Source: Hydrolagus colliei
Taxonomy: Eukaryota
Length of the DNA: 64,000 nt
Direction of reading: 5' to 3'
NCBI GenBank assembly: GCA_035084275.1
Contig: CM068749.1
Span: forward strand, 14,942,001 to 15,006,000
Shown: one piece after another, positions 56,301-64,000 of the stretch
How the letters are laid out: each line of letters begins with the position of its first letter
Position numbering within the stretch: position 1 is the first letter of the stretch
Notes under the pieces: generated by a model
What the model was told of the DNA's origin: nothing
The model's database searches: none
The model's input: the letters and a program-made list of their open reading frames with translations, nothing else
Made by a program: the position numbers and the translations under genes

Positions 56301-59166
56301 TAGTTCATTTTTATTCAATGCTGTGATATCCCTAGAAAAACAAATAAATATCTCAGCAAACTACTGGAATTAAACATCCCATCATCTTGATACTAATCTC
56401 TGTCTCTGAAGTTTCTGAGGATGACATTAATAATTCTGACTAGTTTCACGGAAGGCTGTTCGTTACTTACTGATTGACAGTGCCTTGCTGGCCACAGAAT
56501 TGCCCATGGCTATCGGTTGGGTAGATCACTTTTCGCGGGTCTCCATGAACCCAGGCTGAAAGTTAAAGAGATGAACCAGTTATTGTCCATATCCACTTAA
56601 TACAGGGATTCTCCCCATTAAATAAAAAAGGTTAAATTACCGGTATGCATAATCATTAGATATGTACTCTGCTAATGTGTCTTACAAATGTAATTTTGTA
56701 TTGTACTGTAATGTGTTTTCATCCATGTTGCATGTTAATGTAATTGGTTTCAAAAGAAGACTCAATATATCATTAGTGGCAGCAAGTTAACAATAAGTTA
56801 TGTTGTTGTTGTAGTACATTAACTTGTGGATAAGATACAAGTGGTACATTTAGCCATGGCATTAATTTTTTTTCCTTGTAGCACACACCACATTGTCCAA
56901 TATATTAAATATCCAGATTAAGTCAGTTACTGTATTGGGGACACATCCCATCAACTCTACTTGTGGTATAATGTAAAATTAATGTTTTAATCATGTTTAG
57001 TGATGCATGATGATGCCATTAAACTGTTTTTTTTAAAAGTTGAACAGATTATGCTGTTTGCAACAGACTGATATTTCAGTATTTTCCAAAATTATTTAAA
57101 TTATTAAATTTAAAGAATTGTTTTGCAAACCTATGGGCTAAAACGTGGTGGAATTTGGGGCCACCTATTTATATAGTGCCCTTCACATGGGAAGACATAC
57201 TATAAAAATCTATTATCTATGATAGTGGATGTTTATATGTAAAAAGCCAAGCTGGATTCTGCTTCAGTTAAAGTCATTATGCCATCTATAATGGTTTAAG
57301 ATTTTGCATCTAACCAATTTTCCAAGTGAAGTACATTCAGTGGTTGGAACACCACCATATCTTTGAAAGTGTTATAACCCTGAGGCTAATGGAGGGGTTA
57401 TCTTTCCCTCACCCACTCTGTTAGAAGTCTGAAGGGCATCATTGTCTGATAAAACAAGCTTCTTAGTAAGGACACAAGCACTTTGAGCAAGCAGAAATTG
57501 CATTGTTTTCAAGTTCCTCAGTAAAATGTTTTACGTTTCTCAGTAATATGTCTAACAAAGACTATTACCTTAGGCAAAACATCAGCAGTTTGATTTGTAC
57601 CGAGAAATCCATTGCATATAAAAATACTTGGCCTAAGGAGATTCAATTATACAGTTTTCAAGTGTGCTTTTTTCAATAAAATCAAGTCTGGCCACAGTTC
57701 AATTAGAGTGTCTCAAGTTGGTAGCAATTCTATATTCTGTGATTATGAAATGCATGGGTTGCCTTTGCTCCCATGGCACTTGAATCTGATAACCATGGAG
57801 TTTCATATTGAAGAATGGTCTACATGACAGATTTATCATAATTGAACAGCAATTACTCCTATGTTCTTAATTTTTAAGAACAATGTACAGGTACTGGAAG
57901 TTTTTAAAGCATCTCTAGATTCTTTTTTAATTTAATGTCACTAAACATACGAATGGCATGGTTTCTAGTGAAATGGCTATGTTAGGAGCAAGAATACAGT
58001 ACTTGTGTAGAAATATTTTGTGCTAGTTTTAACCTCACTTCTATGGCAATGCTCTATAAATAGTTGATCATTAAGCTCATTGCTACAACGTAGTATAGTA
58101 CAATAAAGCCTTGTTGATCCGGTACCCAGCATGCGCACATATTAACTTACCGAACACTGGAATGCTTTTTTACCGATCATTTTACCGAGTGTGCTGGAAT
58201 GTTTTAATGCTAAATATCCATAAAATATTCTGTATTATTTAGTCTATTATTAATATGGTATGTTTTAAAATACGTAATTTTTTTGCGTAGGGTTTTCAGC
58301 AACTTGCCACTCGAATATCCGGTATATTTAATTAACCGGCACCAGTCAGGTCCCGAGGGTACCGAATCACAAAGGTTTTACTGTATATCTAATTTATTAT
58401 TATGTATTTCCATAATTTCCACCAAAAAAGCATATCAATTACTTCAAGTGCATTTTGTTATGCTCAGATGCTTGCAACAAATTAAAATGCATCTTCCTAA
58501 CATTCAACAAAAATGGTCCTAAAATGCCATTGATGTTATGTCTCTTTGATTCATGGTCATTATGATCTTTCTCTCTCAGATTCTCTTTAGTTTATTGCAC
58601 TTCCTAGGCTATGGATCTTGTTCATTTTGTCCTAGCTTATCCCTTTTCATTTTATTAACTGGACATTAATTATTTGTATAACATGATGCTATGGCAAGGT
58701 TTGAGACTTTAGTCCAACTATTTATTTATGGCACAATTGATGGTGTAATCAACCTCTCCCTGGATCACTAATTGTACCACTGTAACCTTTTTAGGAACAC
58801 ACTAAACGCAGAAGTAGATGGAAATTCAAACACAATAGTTATATTAATTTTAGCTACAATGTAATTAACCAGTGGGGTCATTAAAAGAAGATCAATCAAA
58901 GCAACATACATATGTTAGCTCTCATCTCCATCTGTCACTTTCAAGTATTAATATAATTGTAAATAAGAACAGTCAGGGTTTTTATCTAATTTATTTGGCA
59001 TATATTTCAACTGCAATATTATTCACCAATATTTTTCTTCCCTGCGCATCTCGGGGGATTTAATCGGATTCAATTGTTTGCACTATACTTACCAACAACA
59101 CCGAGTGCCATGTACCCAAGGATCACAATAATAAATAGTACAAAGCAAAGGACGTCGGTACAACGC
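20244..59166 (-). CDS. SLC44A5: Choline transporter-like protein 5, spliced gene span, 5'-incomplete
   Basis: 19 shared exons plus 2 alternative last exons join in frame. They encode CTL-family motifs ([55 protein letters not shown]). The position next to LHX8 supports the SLC44A5 paralog call. Confidence 0.95.
20681..20972 (+). mobile_element. Near full-length tRNA-derived SINE (Deu-like core remnant, L2-like 3' tail)
   Basis: tRNA-like head (ctcgc-cttgcaa-gcgag arm; gggtttaaatcc B box), caattggctgccgcgtttc core, ...gctttgagacatctagaagacgtgaaaag...(att)n tail. Confidence 0.85.
23888..24000 (-). CDS. SLC44A5: SLC44A5 proximal alternative last exon ([37 protein letters not shown])
   Basis: atccag|GT GAA GAT...GGA TAG; phase matches the penultimate exon. 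Confidence 0.92.
25704..25788 (-). CDS. SLC44A5: SLC44A5 penultimate exon ([28 protein letters not shown])
   Basis: gcag|...T|gtaagt; 85 nt. Confidence 0.97.
26278..26366 (-). CDS. SLC44A5: SLC44A5 exon ([30 protein letters not shown])
   Basis: acag|...GTG|gtaagg; 89 nt. Confidence 0.96.
26490..26560 (-). CDS. SLC44A5: SLC44A5 exon ([23 protein letters not shown])
   Basis: acag|...G|gtgagt; 71 nt. Confidence 0.96.
26775..26945 (+). mobile_element. L2-type LINE 3' end fragment
   Basis: aacctgaagaccttcgtctttgaccatgcc...gcactatataagtgcaagctgtagttgt. Confidence 0.65.
27308..27611. mobile_element. Tigger/pogo-type MITE
   Basis: Terminal inverted repeats CAGTAAAACCTCGATAATC...GATTGTCAAGGTTTTACTG, with TA on the right flank. 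Confidence 0.8.
27627..27700 (-). CDS. SLC44A5: SLC44A5 exon ([24 protein letters not shown])
   Basis: ctag|...AG|gtgagt; 74 nt. Confidence 0.96.
27810..27913 (-). CDS. SLC44A5: SLC44A5 exon ([35 protein letters not shown])
   Basis: gcag|...ATG|gtaagt; 104 nt. Confidence 0.97.
28900..28994 (-). CDS. SLC44A5: SLC44A5 exon ([31 protein letters not shown])
   Basis: ctag|...G|gtgagt; 95 nt. Confidence 0.97.
29545..29807 (-). CDS. SLC44A5: SLC44A5 exon ([25 protein letters not shown]...[17 protein letters not shown]...GRTL)
   Basis: ctag|...AG|gtaaga; 263 nt. Confidence 0.97.
30350..30437 (-). CDS. SLC44A5: SLC44A5 exon ([29 protein letters not shown])
   Basis: gcag|...GAG|gtaagc; 88 nt. Confidence 0.95.
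30438..30881 (-). other. U12-type (minor spliceosome) GT-AG intron
   Basis: 5' splice site GTATCCTTTG; branch-site-like ATCTTAAC ending ~13 nt before the CAG; no polypyrimidine tract. Confidence 0.85.
30882..30974 (-). CDS. SLC44A5: SLC44A5 exon ([30 protein letters not shown])
   Basis: tcag|...|gtatcctt (U12-type donor); 93 nt. Confidence 0.96.
31120..31602 (-). mobile_element. Two adjacent CR1-type LINE 3' end fragments
   Basis: Remnant peptides [29 protein letters not shown] and [13 protein letters not shown]; two separate ggccattc..ccc 3'UTR motifs. Confidence 0.85.
31821..31920 (-). CDS. SLC44A5: SLC44A5 exon ([33 protein letters not shown])
   Basis: tcag|...|gtaagt; 100 nt. Confidence 0.96.
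32596..32727 (-). CDS. SLC44A5: SLC44A5 exon ([44 protein letters not shown])
   Basis: gcag|...|gtaagt; 132 nt. Confidence 0.97.
32885..33400 (-). mobile_element. L2-type LINE 3' fragment
   Basis: (aac)n tail then ggcgcctttcacgtcaggaggatgtcccaagg, the reverse complement of the tails at 12400 and 13850; G-rich body. Confidence 0.75.
35722..35800 (+). mobile_element. Penelope-like/retrozyme terminal-repeat relic with degenerate hammerhead core
   Basis: ctgacaa-a-gggtc-gtg-gaccc-gaaacgttg followed by agatgctgcctgacctgctgag, a recalled abundant chondrichthyan repeat motif. Confidence 0.55.
36786..37110 (+). mobile_element. Old DeuSINE (SacSINE1/AmnSINE1-like)
   Basis: ctctgagtcagaag...gagtactgcattgtcagaggtg...atctcatggcactgtt...ggtgtcttggccaac...ctgtttgtggga matches the recalled Deu-domain layout. 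Confidence 0.7.
37441..37553 (-). CDS. SLC44A5: SLC44A5 exon ([37 protein letters not shown])
   Basis: atag|...|gtaagt; 113 nt; transmembrane segments. Confidence 0.97.
38650..38733 (-). CDS. SLC44A5: SLC44A5 exon ([27 protein letters not shown])
   Basis: acag|...|gtaagt; 84 nt. Confidence 0.96.
40736..41032 (-). mobile_element. Full-length tRNA-derived SINE, same family as 20681-20972
   Basis: The reverse complement has ctcagtggttagagc (A box), gggttcatttcc (B box), gaaaccttgggcaagtttcc, the core and an (att)n tail. Confidence 0.88.
41061..42315 (-). mobile_element. 5'-truncated, degenerate CR1-type LINE (reverse transcriptase remnant)
   Basis: [29 protein letters not shown] and [13 protein letters not shown]...FKTEIDRFL peptides, frameshifted; 3' microsatellite tail near 41061-41085. 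Confidence 0.92.
42395..42495 (+). mobile_element. CR1 RT fragment in opposite orientation
   Basis: Translates ..[21 protein letters not shown] on +. Confidence 0.7.
42840..43090 (-). mobile_element. Ancient SINE relic (AmnSINE2-like)
   Basis: tggccac..atgtgtga...gacagtgagtgctggcagg.tattcaacc...cactgaggctgattgtag...gagatcag. Confidence 0.5.
44575..44700 (-). mobile_element. 3' fragment of the tRNA-derived SINE family
   Basis: ataatccttgcatt...aagcacttcacagaatatactgtaaagtg...ggcagcca. Confidence 0.75.
48175..48233. repeat. Perfect inverted repeat, 28-bp arms with a 3-nt loop
   Basis: ATCATATTCTATTCTGCAAACTCAATCT-atg-AGATTGAGTTTGCAGAATAGAATATGAT. Confidence 0.97.
48524..48647 (-). CDS. SLC44A5: SLC44A5 exon ([41 protein letters not shown])
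   Basis: gcag|...|gtacgt; 124 nt. Confidence 0.96.
48775..48835 (-). CDS. SLC44A5: SLC44A5 exon ([20 protein letters not shown])
   Basis: ttag|...|gtacgt; 61 nt. Confidence 0.95.
48975..49220 (-). mobile_element. Old CR1-like 3' fragment
   Basis: gcctcaactaccctt..ggtaatctattctagttgttaattactctc..gtaaagagatacctcc pattern, similar to the other CR1 ends. Confidence 0.5.
50610..51200 (-). mobile_element. Tigger/pogo-type internally deleted DNA transposon
   Basis: Right end CAGGTATCCCCTGATTTACG (on -) with flanking TA; CpG-rich; remnant peptide MSEKRP...[15 protein letters not shown] resembles a pogo/CENP-B-type N-terminus. Left end approximate. Confidence 0.65.
51756..51887 (-). CDS. SLC44A5: SLC44A5 exon ([17 protein letters not shown]...[18 protein letters not shown])
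   Basis: acag|...AAG|gtttgt; 132 nt. Confidence 0.94.
51930..52020 (-). mobile_element. Short L2-type 3' tail
   Basis: caacaacagc...gggcgcctttcacgtcgggtggacgtccca...gacccgagc; homologous to 32890-32985. Confidence 0.7.
53278..53362 (-). CDS. SLC44A5: SLC44A5 exon ([28 protein letters not shown])
   Basis: ccag|...|gtaagc; 85 nt. Confidence 0.96.
55245..55340 (+). mobile_element. 3' fragment of the tRNA-derived SINE family
   Basis: cagtcaaatcactttacaaaatattctgtgaagcatttgagatatc...gcactatatcaaatgcatggattattatt. Confidence 0.75.
56471..56555 (-). CDS. SLC44A5: SLC44A5 exon ([28 protein letters not shown])
   Basis: ttcag|...|gtaagt; 85 nt. Confidence 0.96.
58101..58383. mobile_element. Tigger/pogo-type MITE
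   Basis: TA|CAATAAAGCCTTGTTGATCCGG...CCGAATCACAAAGGTTTTACTG|TA; imperfect TIRs with TA target-site duplication. Confidence 0.7.
59093..59166 (-). CDS. SLC44A5: SLC44A5 exon ([24 protein letters not shown])
   Basis: ttctag|G...G|gtaagt; 74 nt. Confidence 0.95.
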
Positions 59167-62100
59167 CTAGAAAGAGAGAATGGGTGCAATTAACACAAGC
59201 GAATCAGTTTGTTTGAAATGTTACTCATTTAGCATTGAGCAATTATATTGTGAGGTTGTGGAAAAGTTATCTTGAAACAGATGCTGTATTTCTATAGTTA
59301 CTGTGCAATGTCCAAATCAAATCCTTTTGCAGAAATTAATAATATTCATCCTTGCATGTTTGTATGAGATGAACTGCAAATATTAAACTCCAAGCCATTG
59401 AAAAGAGTCAACCAACAAATGTTGAACTAAAATAAATGTTATCAAAAACGAGTGAAAATATTGTACAAAATTATTAATACTTTCAAAAACCTTTTTGAGG
59501 ATAAATCCTTTCTGTAATCACAGGTGAGAAATCATCTCGACTGAGTCCTACCCGTAATAAAAGTCAATTTACTAGACCACAACCTTGTTATGTGCCAAAT
59601 TTAGTTCAAAATGGGCCCAACATTTGACAGAATCAAAATATGAAACAACTCCAAGTACAGTACTTTAAAATACCTTAGACAAGACTTGTGAGCATTTCAA
59701 TGGGGAAAAAAATAAGTAAAAGCTACAGATCCATTAGTAGGAGTTTGTTATTCACTACTTGTATCAATAAGGTCTGTTATCTGGGCCAGTCTTCGAATTC
59801 TCCCTGACAGTTGTTAGATGTATTCGTCCTAAGTGTGAAATGTTGAATAACCTAATATATTTTTTCACAAATCAACACTTCCACATAGAGGCTGAGCTGG
59901 TGTTGATGACAAGCAATCTTCATCCCTATCAATCTCTTTCACTTCAGTATCTTTCTCACCAGCAAAGCACATTAACAGATGTTGACATCAGCCATAGCCT
60001 CAACACAAAGCAGGTATTTCCATAGACTTCTCTGCATTTTCCAATACAGCAGTGTTTTTTTTATATCAGTTATAAGTACAAAACATTTTGCGTTTCACTG
60101 TAACTTGAGGAGCATGTAAATTGTTTGAAAAAGATTGATCTATTTTGAGCCAGACATAATCCATTCATTCACTTCCATTACCAAGAGGACTAATAACTTG
60201 ACCCACCATTCTACTCCTGTAGTGTTTCACTAACACTTGATTGAATAACACCAATATGTTTGTAAGTTTAAAAACAAAATCGTTTTTCCATTTTTCCAAA
60301 GTACAATCCTGATATTCTGTGCAGCCGTAAAATGATTAGAATTTTTGCCCGTCTCTTTCTTGCCTTGTGCCAAGACGAATCCACTCAGCAAATATAACTG
60401 AGGTCATCCAAGCAATATAATTTGCTTCACAGTGAAGTCGGTTAAGTTAAGATTGACTCCATGGAAACAGCACGGCCTGTTACTCTTGCCAATAATATGC
60501 AACTTCATCTTATATGTGCATTCCTTTCCTTCAGTTCCAAAAACTCAGAGTTACACTGCTCCTTAAAATGAGATTTATATTGATTGTAACTGCATTAAAA
60601 ATTCCCGGACTTGATCACCATTTTACAAGTTGGACAGACGATCAAAATGAGATGCACATTAACAGCATCTGCCTTTTTTTTTCTTCCACATACTCCACTC
60701 TAGTACAATACTACGTCTCTGCCACCACTGATATCACTGCGTGTAGAACACCCATACCTCAGCAAGCGCTTTGAATTTTGTCTTCAGCATGTGTCCAGTT
60801 GCATTGAAGTACATTTTCCATATTACATGACTTCCTGCTGATATTGGAGTCTAGTCATCGTGAAATTGCAGAGGTTACAGCAAAGCGGGTAATGATTTAG
60901 AAATAAAAATATGATGTTGTAATCTCTCTAATTTAGACTAAGTCATCTTTACTGCACAATTGAATGTTAATAACCATTAGGAGCTGCTATAAGAATTTAG
61001 ACTGTAACTAATGGCTTCAGCAACAGAAAAAAACCTGAGGCTAAACAAGCAAGATTATTATGCATCGTAATTTAATACGGATGGTTTAACTTGGAAATTC
61101 TTGAGGAAGCTCATATATCTCTCGTTTTCCTAGCAATATGCTTCACCCTGGCGTCTATGTTGAACTGGCAACCATTTTGTTACTCTCACAGGTTACCAGC
61201 GAAAAGAGAAGCAATCAAATCTGCTAGATTTTCTAACCATTCCTGTCTGACTCATTTCATTTTCAATCTAGAAAAGGACATGTGTTTTCCTCCTACATAT
61301 TTCATTCTTCCTTATTTACTTTGATTAGGAGAACAAAACCATTGCTTGCAATTATTGAACAAAAATAATGGTAAGACTGTTATCGTTGGCATTAATCTGT
61401 GTGGCCTGATGTACCAGGAACAACTCATCCCAATAACTTCTTTAACCAGTGTGTTCCCATCCTTCTCTGTAAAGCCTTTTAATTGGTCTTTCAAGCTTGA
61501 AAATTGCTTGAAAGTGCTACATAGGAGCAACTTGTTTTGTGAGTCAGCAATATACAAAATTCCAACCAATTTGCATCTAACAGTTGATGTTATTTAACTT
61601 ACTTTTTATTTATAATTAAATATTGTAGTCTTTAATATAACTTTTCCATGTATACTAGTAGGCTAACATCTCGACACTATTACTATCCTTGCTTATAATG
61701 TATGGAATGATGTGAGCTTTCGCATTATGAAGTAAATGAGATTTGTGGTTACCCACATTTAATTTCTTTTTGTTTCAAAAGCACGTAGTCATAACAGCAG
61801 TGAATGTGATTGAATTGCTAGCTCTGAAAGTTCTTCTTGTATGGTCACACCTCATTGACAATAATTTCCAAGCATAATCTCTTGTCTTATTTGACTAGCT
61901 AAATTATCCAGCATCATATAATGATCTTTGCTGAATCAATTCTTCTATTGTATTTTAAATTTTACAGAAACCAAAACAGCCTAGGCTTTAAGAAAAAGAA
62001 GAAAATTGATCTGTAATAAATCTTTTCTATCTGGATGGTGTCACTTTTCTGAGATAAATGAAACCGTCGAGTAAAACCTGATGGGATAACATAATAATTC

Positions 62101-62289
62101 CACAAAACCATCTGAGCAGGCAGAAGCGTATTTATTTAAGAGACCTTTAGATCTTCACGAAAAAAAATCTAACTTAAAATGCTATAACTTAATATTAAAA
62201 GTCAGCTTCTTACTCTGGTTAGTGGTATGTGGAATATTTGTGACAGACTCCACTCCAAATTGTGCTGGCAAGATCGCAAAAATTGCCAT

Positions 62290-62440
62290 GGGGATAATGG
62301 CCAATTAATCAGGAAGTGTGTTGGCCAGGACACTGACGGAAATTACATTTTCTTTTGTAACAGTGTTATGGTATCACTATCTGAAAATAAGCACACATGA
62401 CCCTGGTTCAATACCTCAGGCACATACTGTACCTCAATAT
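62290..62440 (-). mobile_element. Old DeuSINE core fragment
   Basis: gttggccaggacac...ttctttt.taacagtgttatgg is the reverse complement of the Deu core seen at 36940-37005. Confidence 0.5.
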
Positions 62441-64000
62441 AGGAAAAAAGGCTTAGTTCCTTCAATGTTCACTGCAACTCAAATATACAATATTGTACGG
62501 ATGCCTTAACCTAATATTGAAAAAATCATATAGCTCAATATAAAGTAACTTTGTAACAACATACTTTTTTTATATAAAAAAAAGGACCAGATGACTATTC
62601 TGTTTTCTATGAGAGTAAATAGAATGTGATTCACAGTGAGTGGGTGGGAATTAAACATAGATGATAGGTTTTAACCTCATAAAGAGAATTCAAATAAATT
62701 CAGACCATGGAATCTGATTAATTCAGTGCTTTTCCAAATCTTGTGCAGCTTTGCTTTTTGCCAAAGCACATCGATATGATGATATCAACTCATGTGAAAA
62801 CCACATGCTAGCGAACAACTTTTTTTTTACCTTGTTAGTAGTAGAACAATAAAAATGTTGCAGAATACTTTGTGCGCCCATCCCTCAATACAAGTTGGAC
62901 ACCTGGTCAATATAAACCAAAATCCTGCAAATAACCAATGTTTGAGGTTGTTCCTGTGTTGATGTAAAACCTTTTAATGCAACAGAGAACAAACTTGTTT
63001 GTGTGATCTGAATCTGATCATTTGCAATTTGGACACTTTCAAATATAGGAGCACACACTTCAATTCAAACTAGTTTACAATGAAGCAAGGTTCATGTTTC
63101 AAAGAAAAAAGTAAGTCAGCAAAATTCAGATTAATTAATATTGTATCTTTTGATTCTTTTGATCCCGGTTTTATCTACTGTAATTCTGATAAATACAAGA
63201 AAAGTTCCCACAAACTGTCTTCAAAATGGAATAATATTTTTTATTAAACCTTTTCCATTTTCTTCACCTTTTTTGCATTTAGGAGGCATGTTTAATTCCA
63301 TGCTTTGCTATCTGTATTGCTAATTTGGCCGTTAATAGGAAGAAACCTTAAAATCAAGCAAAAATTCTATCCTGTATTGAGTGATAACAGTACTTGATTC
63401 ACAATTATTAAGTATGCGCTCAGCTTTCAAACAGATAAAATTGAGTCATTTAAACAATCTACAAATAACAATGAAGATGAAAATTGTTGTCAAAGCTCAG
63501 TGAGTAATATGCATGTGTACAGTATGTGGGCATCCAGTATCTGCCACTACTGTCCTTGATTCATTTTAACTGTAGCCTGCAGTCACTTGAAACACAAATT
63601 AACTAAAGCTACTGTAGTTCCCTTGGGATCTCTTCTACTCTCCAATCGTTCACTGAAGTGACTGGAGGGATGTTTCCTTTTGAGCATTGATATTGTCTGT
63701 TAGATAATGGCAGAGCATCTCTATTGCATTTAGGTCTGATGATGATGTGGTTCATCACGCATTTCTGAAATGTTGAGGTCGTGTGAAACTGATCATCTGA
63801 AATGTTAATAGGAGCAGATAACATTATCCAAATCATTCTGTTAAAGCTATCACAACTCCACTTGTACAACATGTTACTCCGTATGCCCTTTATTTTGTAG
63901 TGTAATTCTAAAAGATGATTGCCAACATTTTTGCTGGAAGGTTGCATGTCACACTGAGATACGATTTGACATTATCCACTACTCACAGAACAATTTGGGG

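Noticed and set aside
59200-64000. Upstream SLC44A5 exons (G.P..YDP.FKGP motif) and the ORFs at 61312-61569 and 63609-63947
   Set aside because: No such exon was found by eye, and the ORFs show no CTL-family similarity. The 5' exons probably lie outside the window.

Overview
Eukaryotic (vertebrate) genomic DNA, probably from a cartilaginous fish. This is inferred from the repeat families (tRNA-headed Deu-type SINEs with L2-like tails, CR1 LINEs, AmnSINE2-like relics) and from protein divergence. The window holds two convergent spliced genes. The first is a complete LHX8 (LIM-homeobox 8) on + (ATG 4752 to TGA 15957; 8 canonical coding exons plus one in-frame exon with an AA acceptor), lying in a CpG-retaining, transposon-free 5' domain. 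The second is most of SLC44A5 (choline transporter-like protein 5) on - (19 shared coding exons from 59166 down to 25704, then two duplicated alternative last exons; the first exons were not found and probably lie beyond 64000). The introns carry SINE, LINE and Tigger-type MITE relics. Most entries in the supplied ORF track are spurious. I found no convincing wholly new multi-gene system. The best leads are splicing-level features: duplicated terminal exons, a U12 intron, a candidate 12-nt microexon, a chain of frame-compatible cryptic exons and the AA-acceptor LHX8 exon. A perfect 28-bp hairpin and a hammerhead-like relic are also worth checking. Comparisons with mammalian proteins and repeat consensus sequences are from recalled knowledge and need database confirmation.
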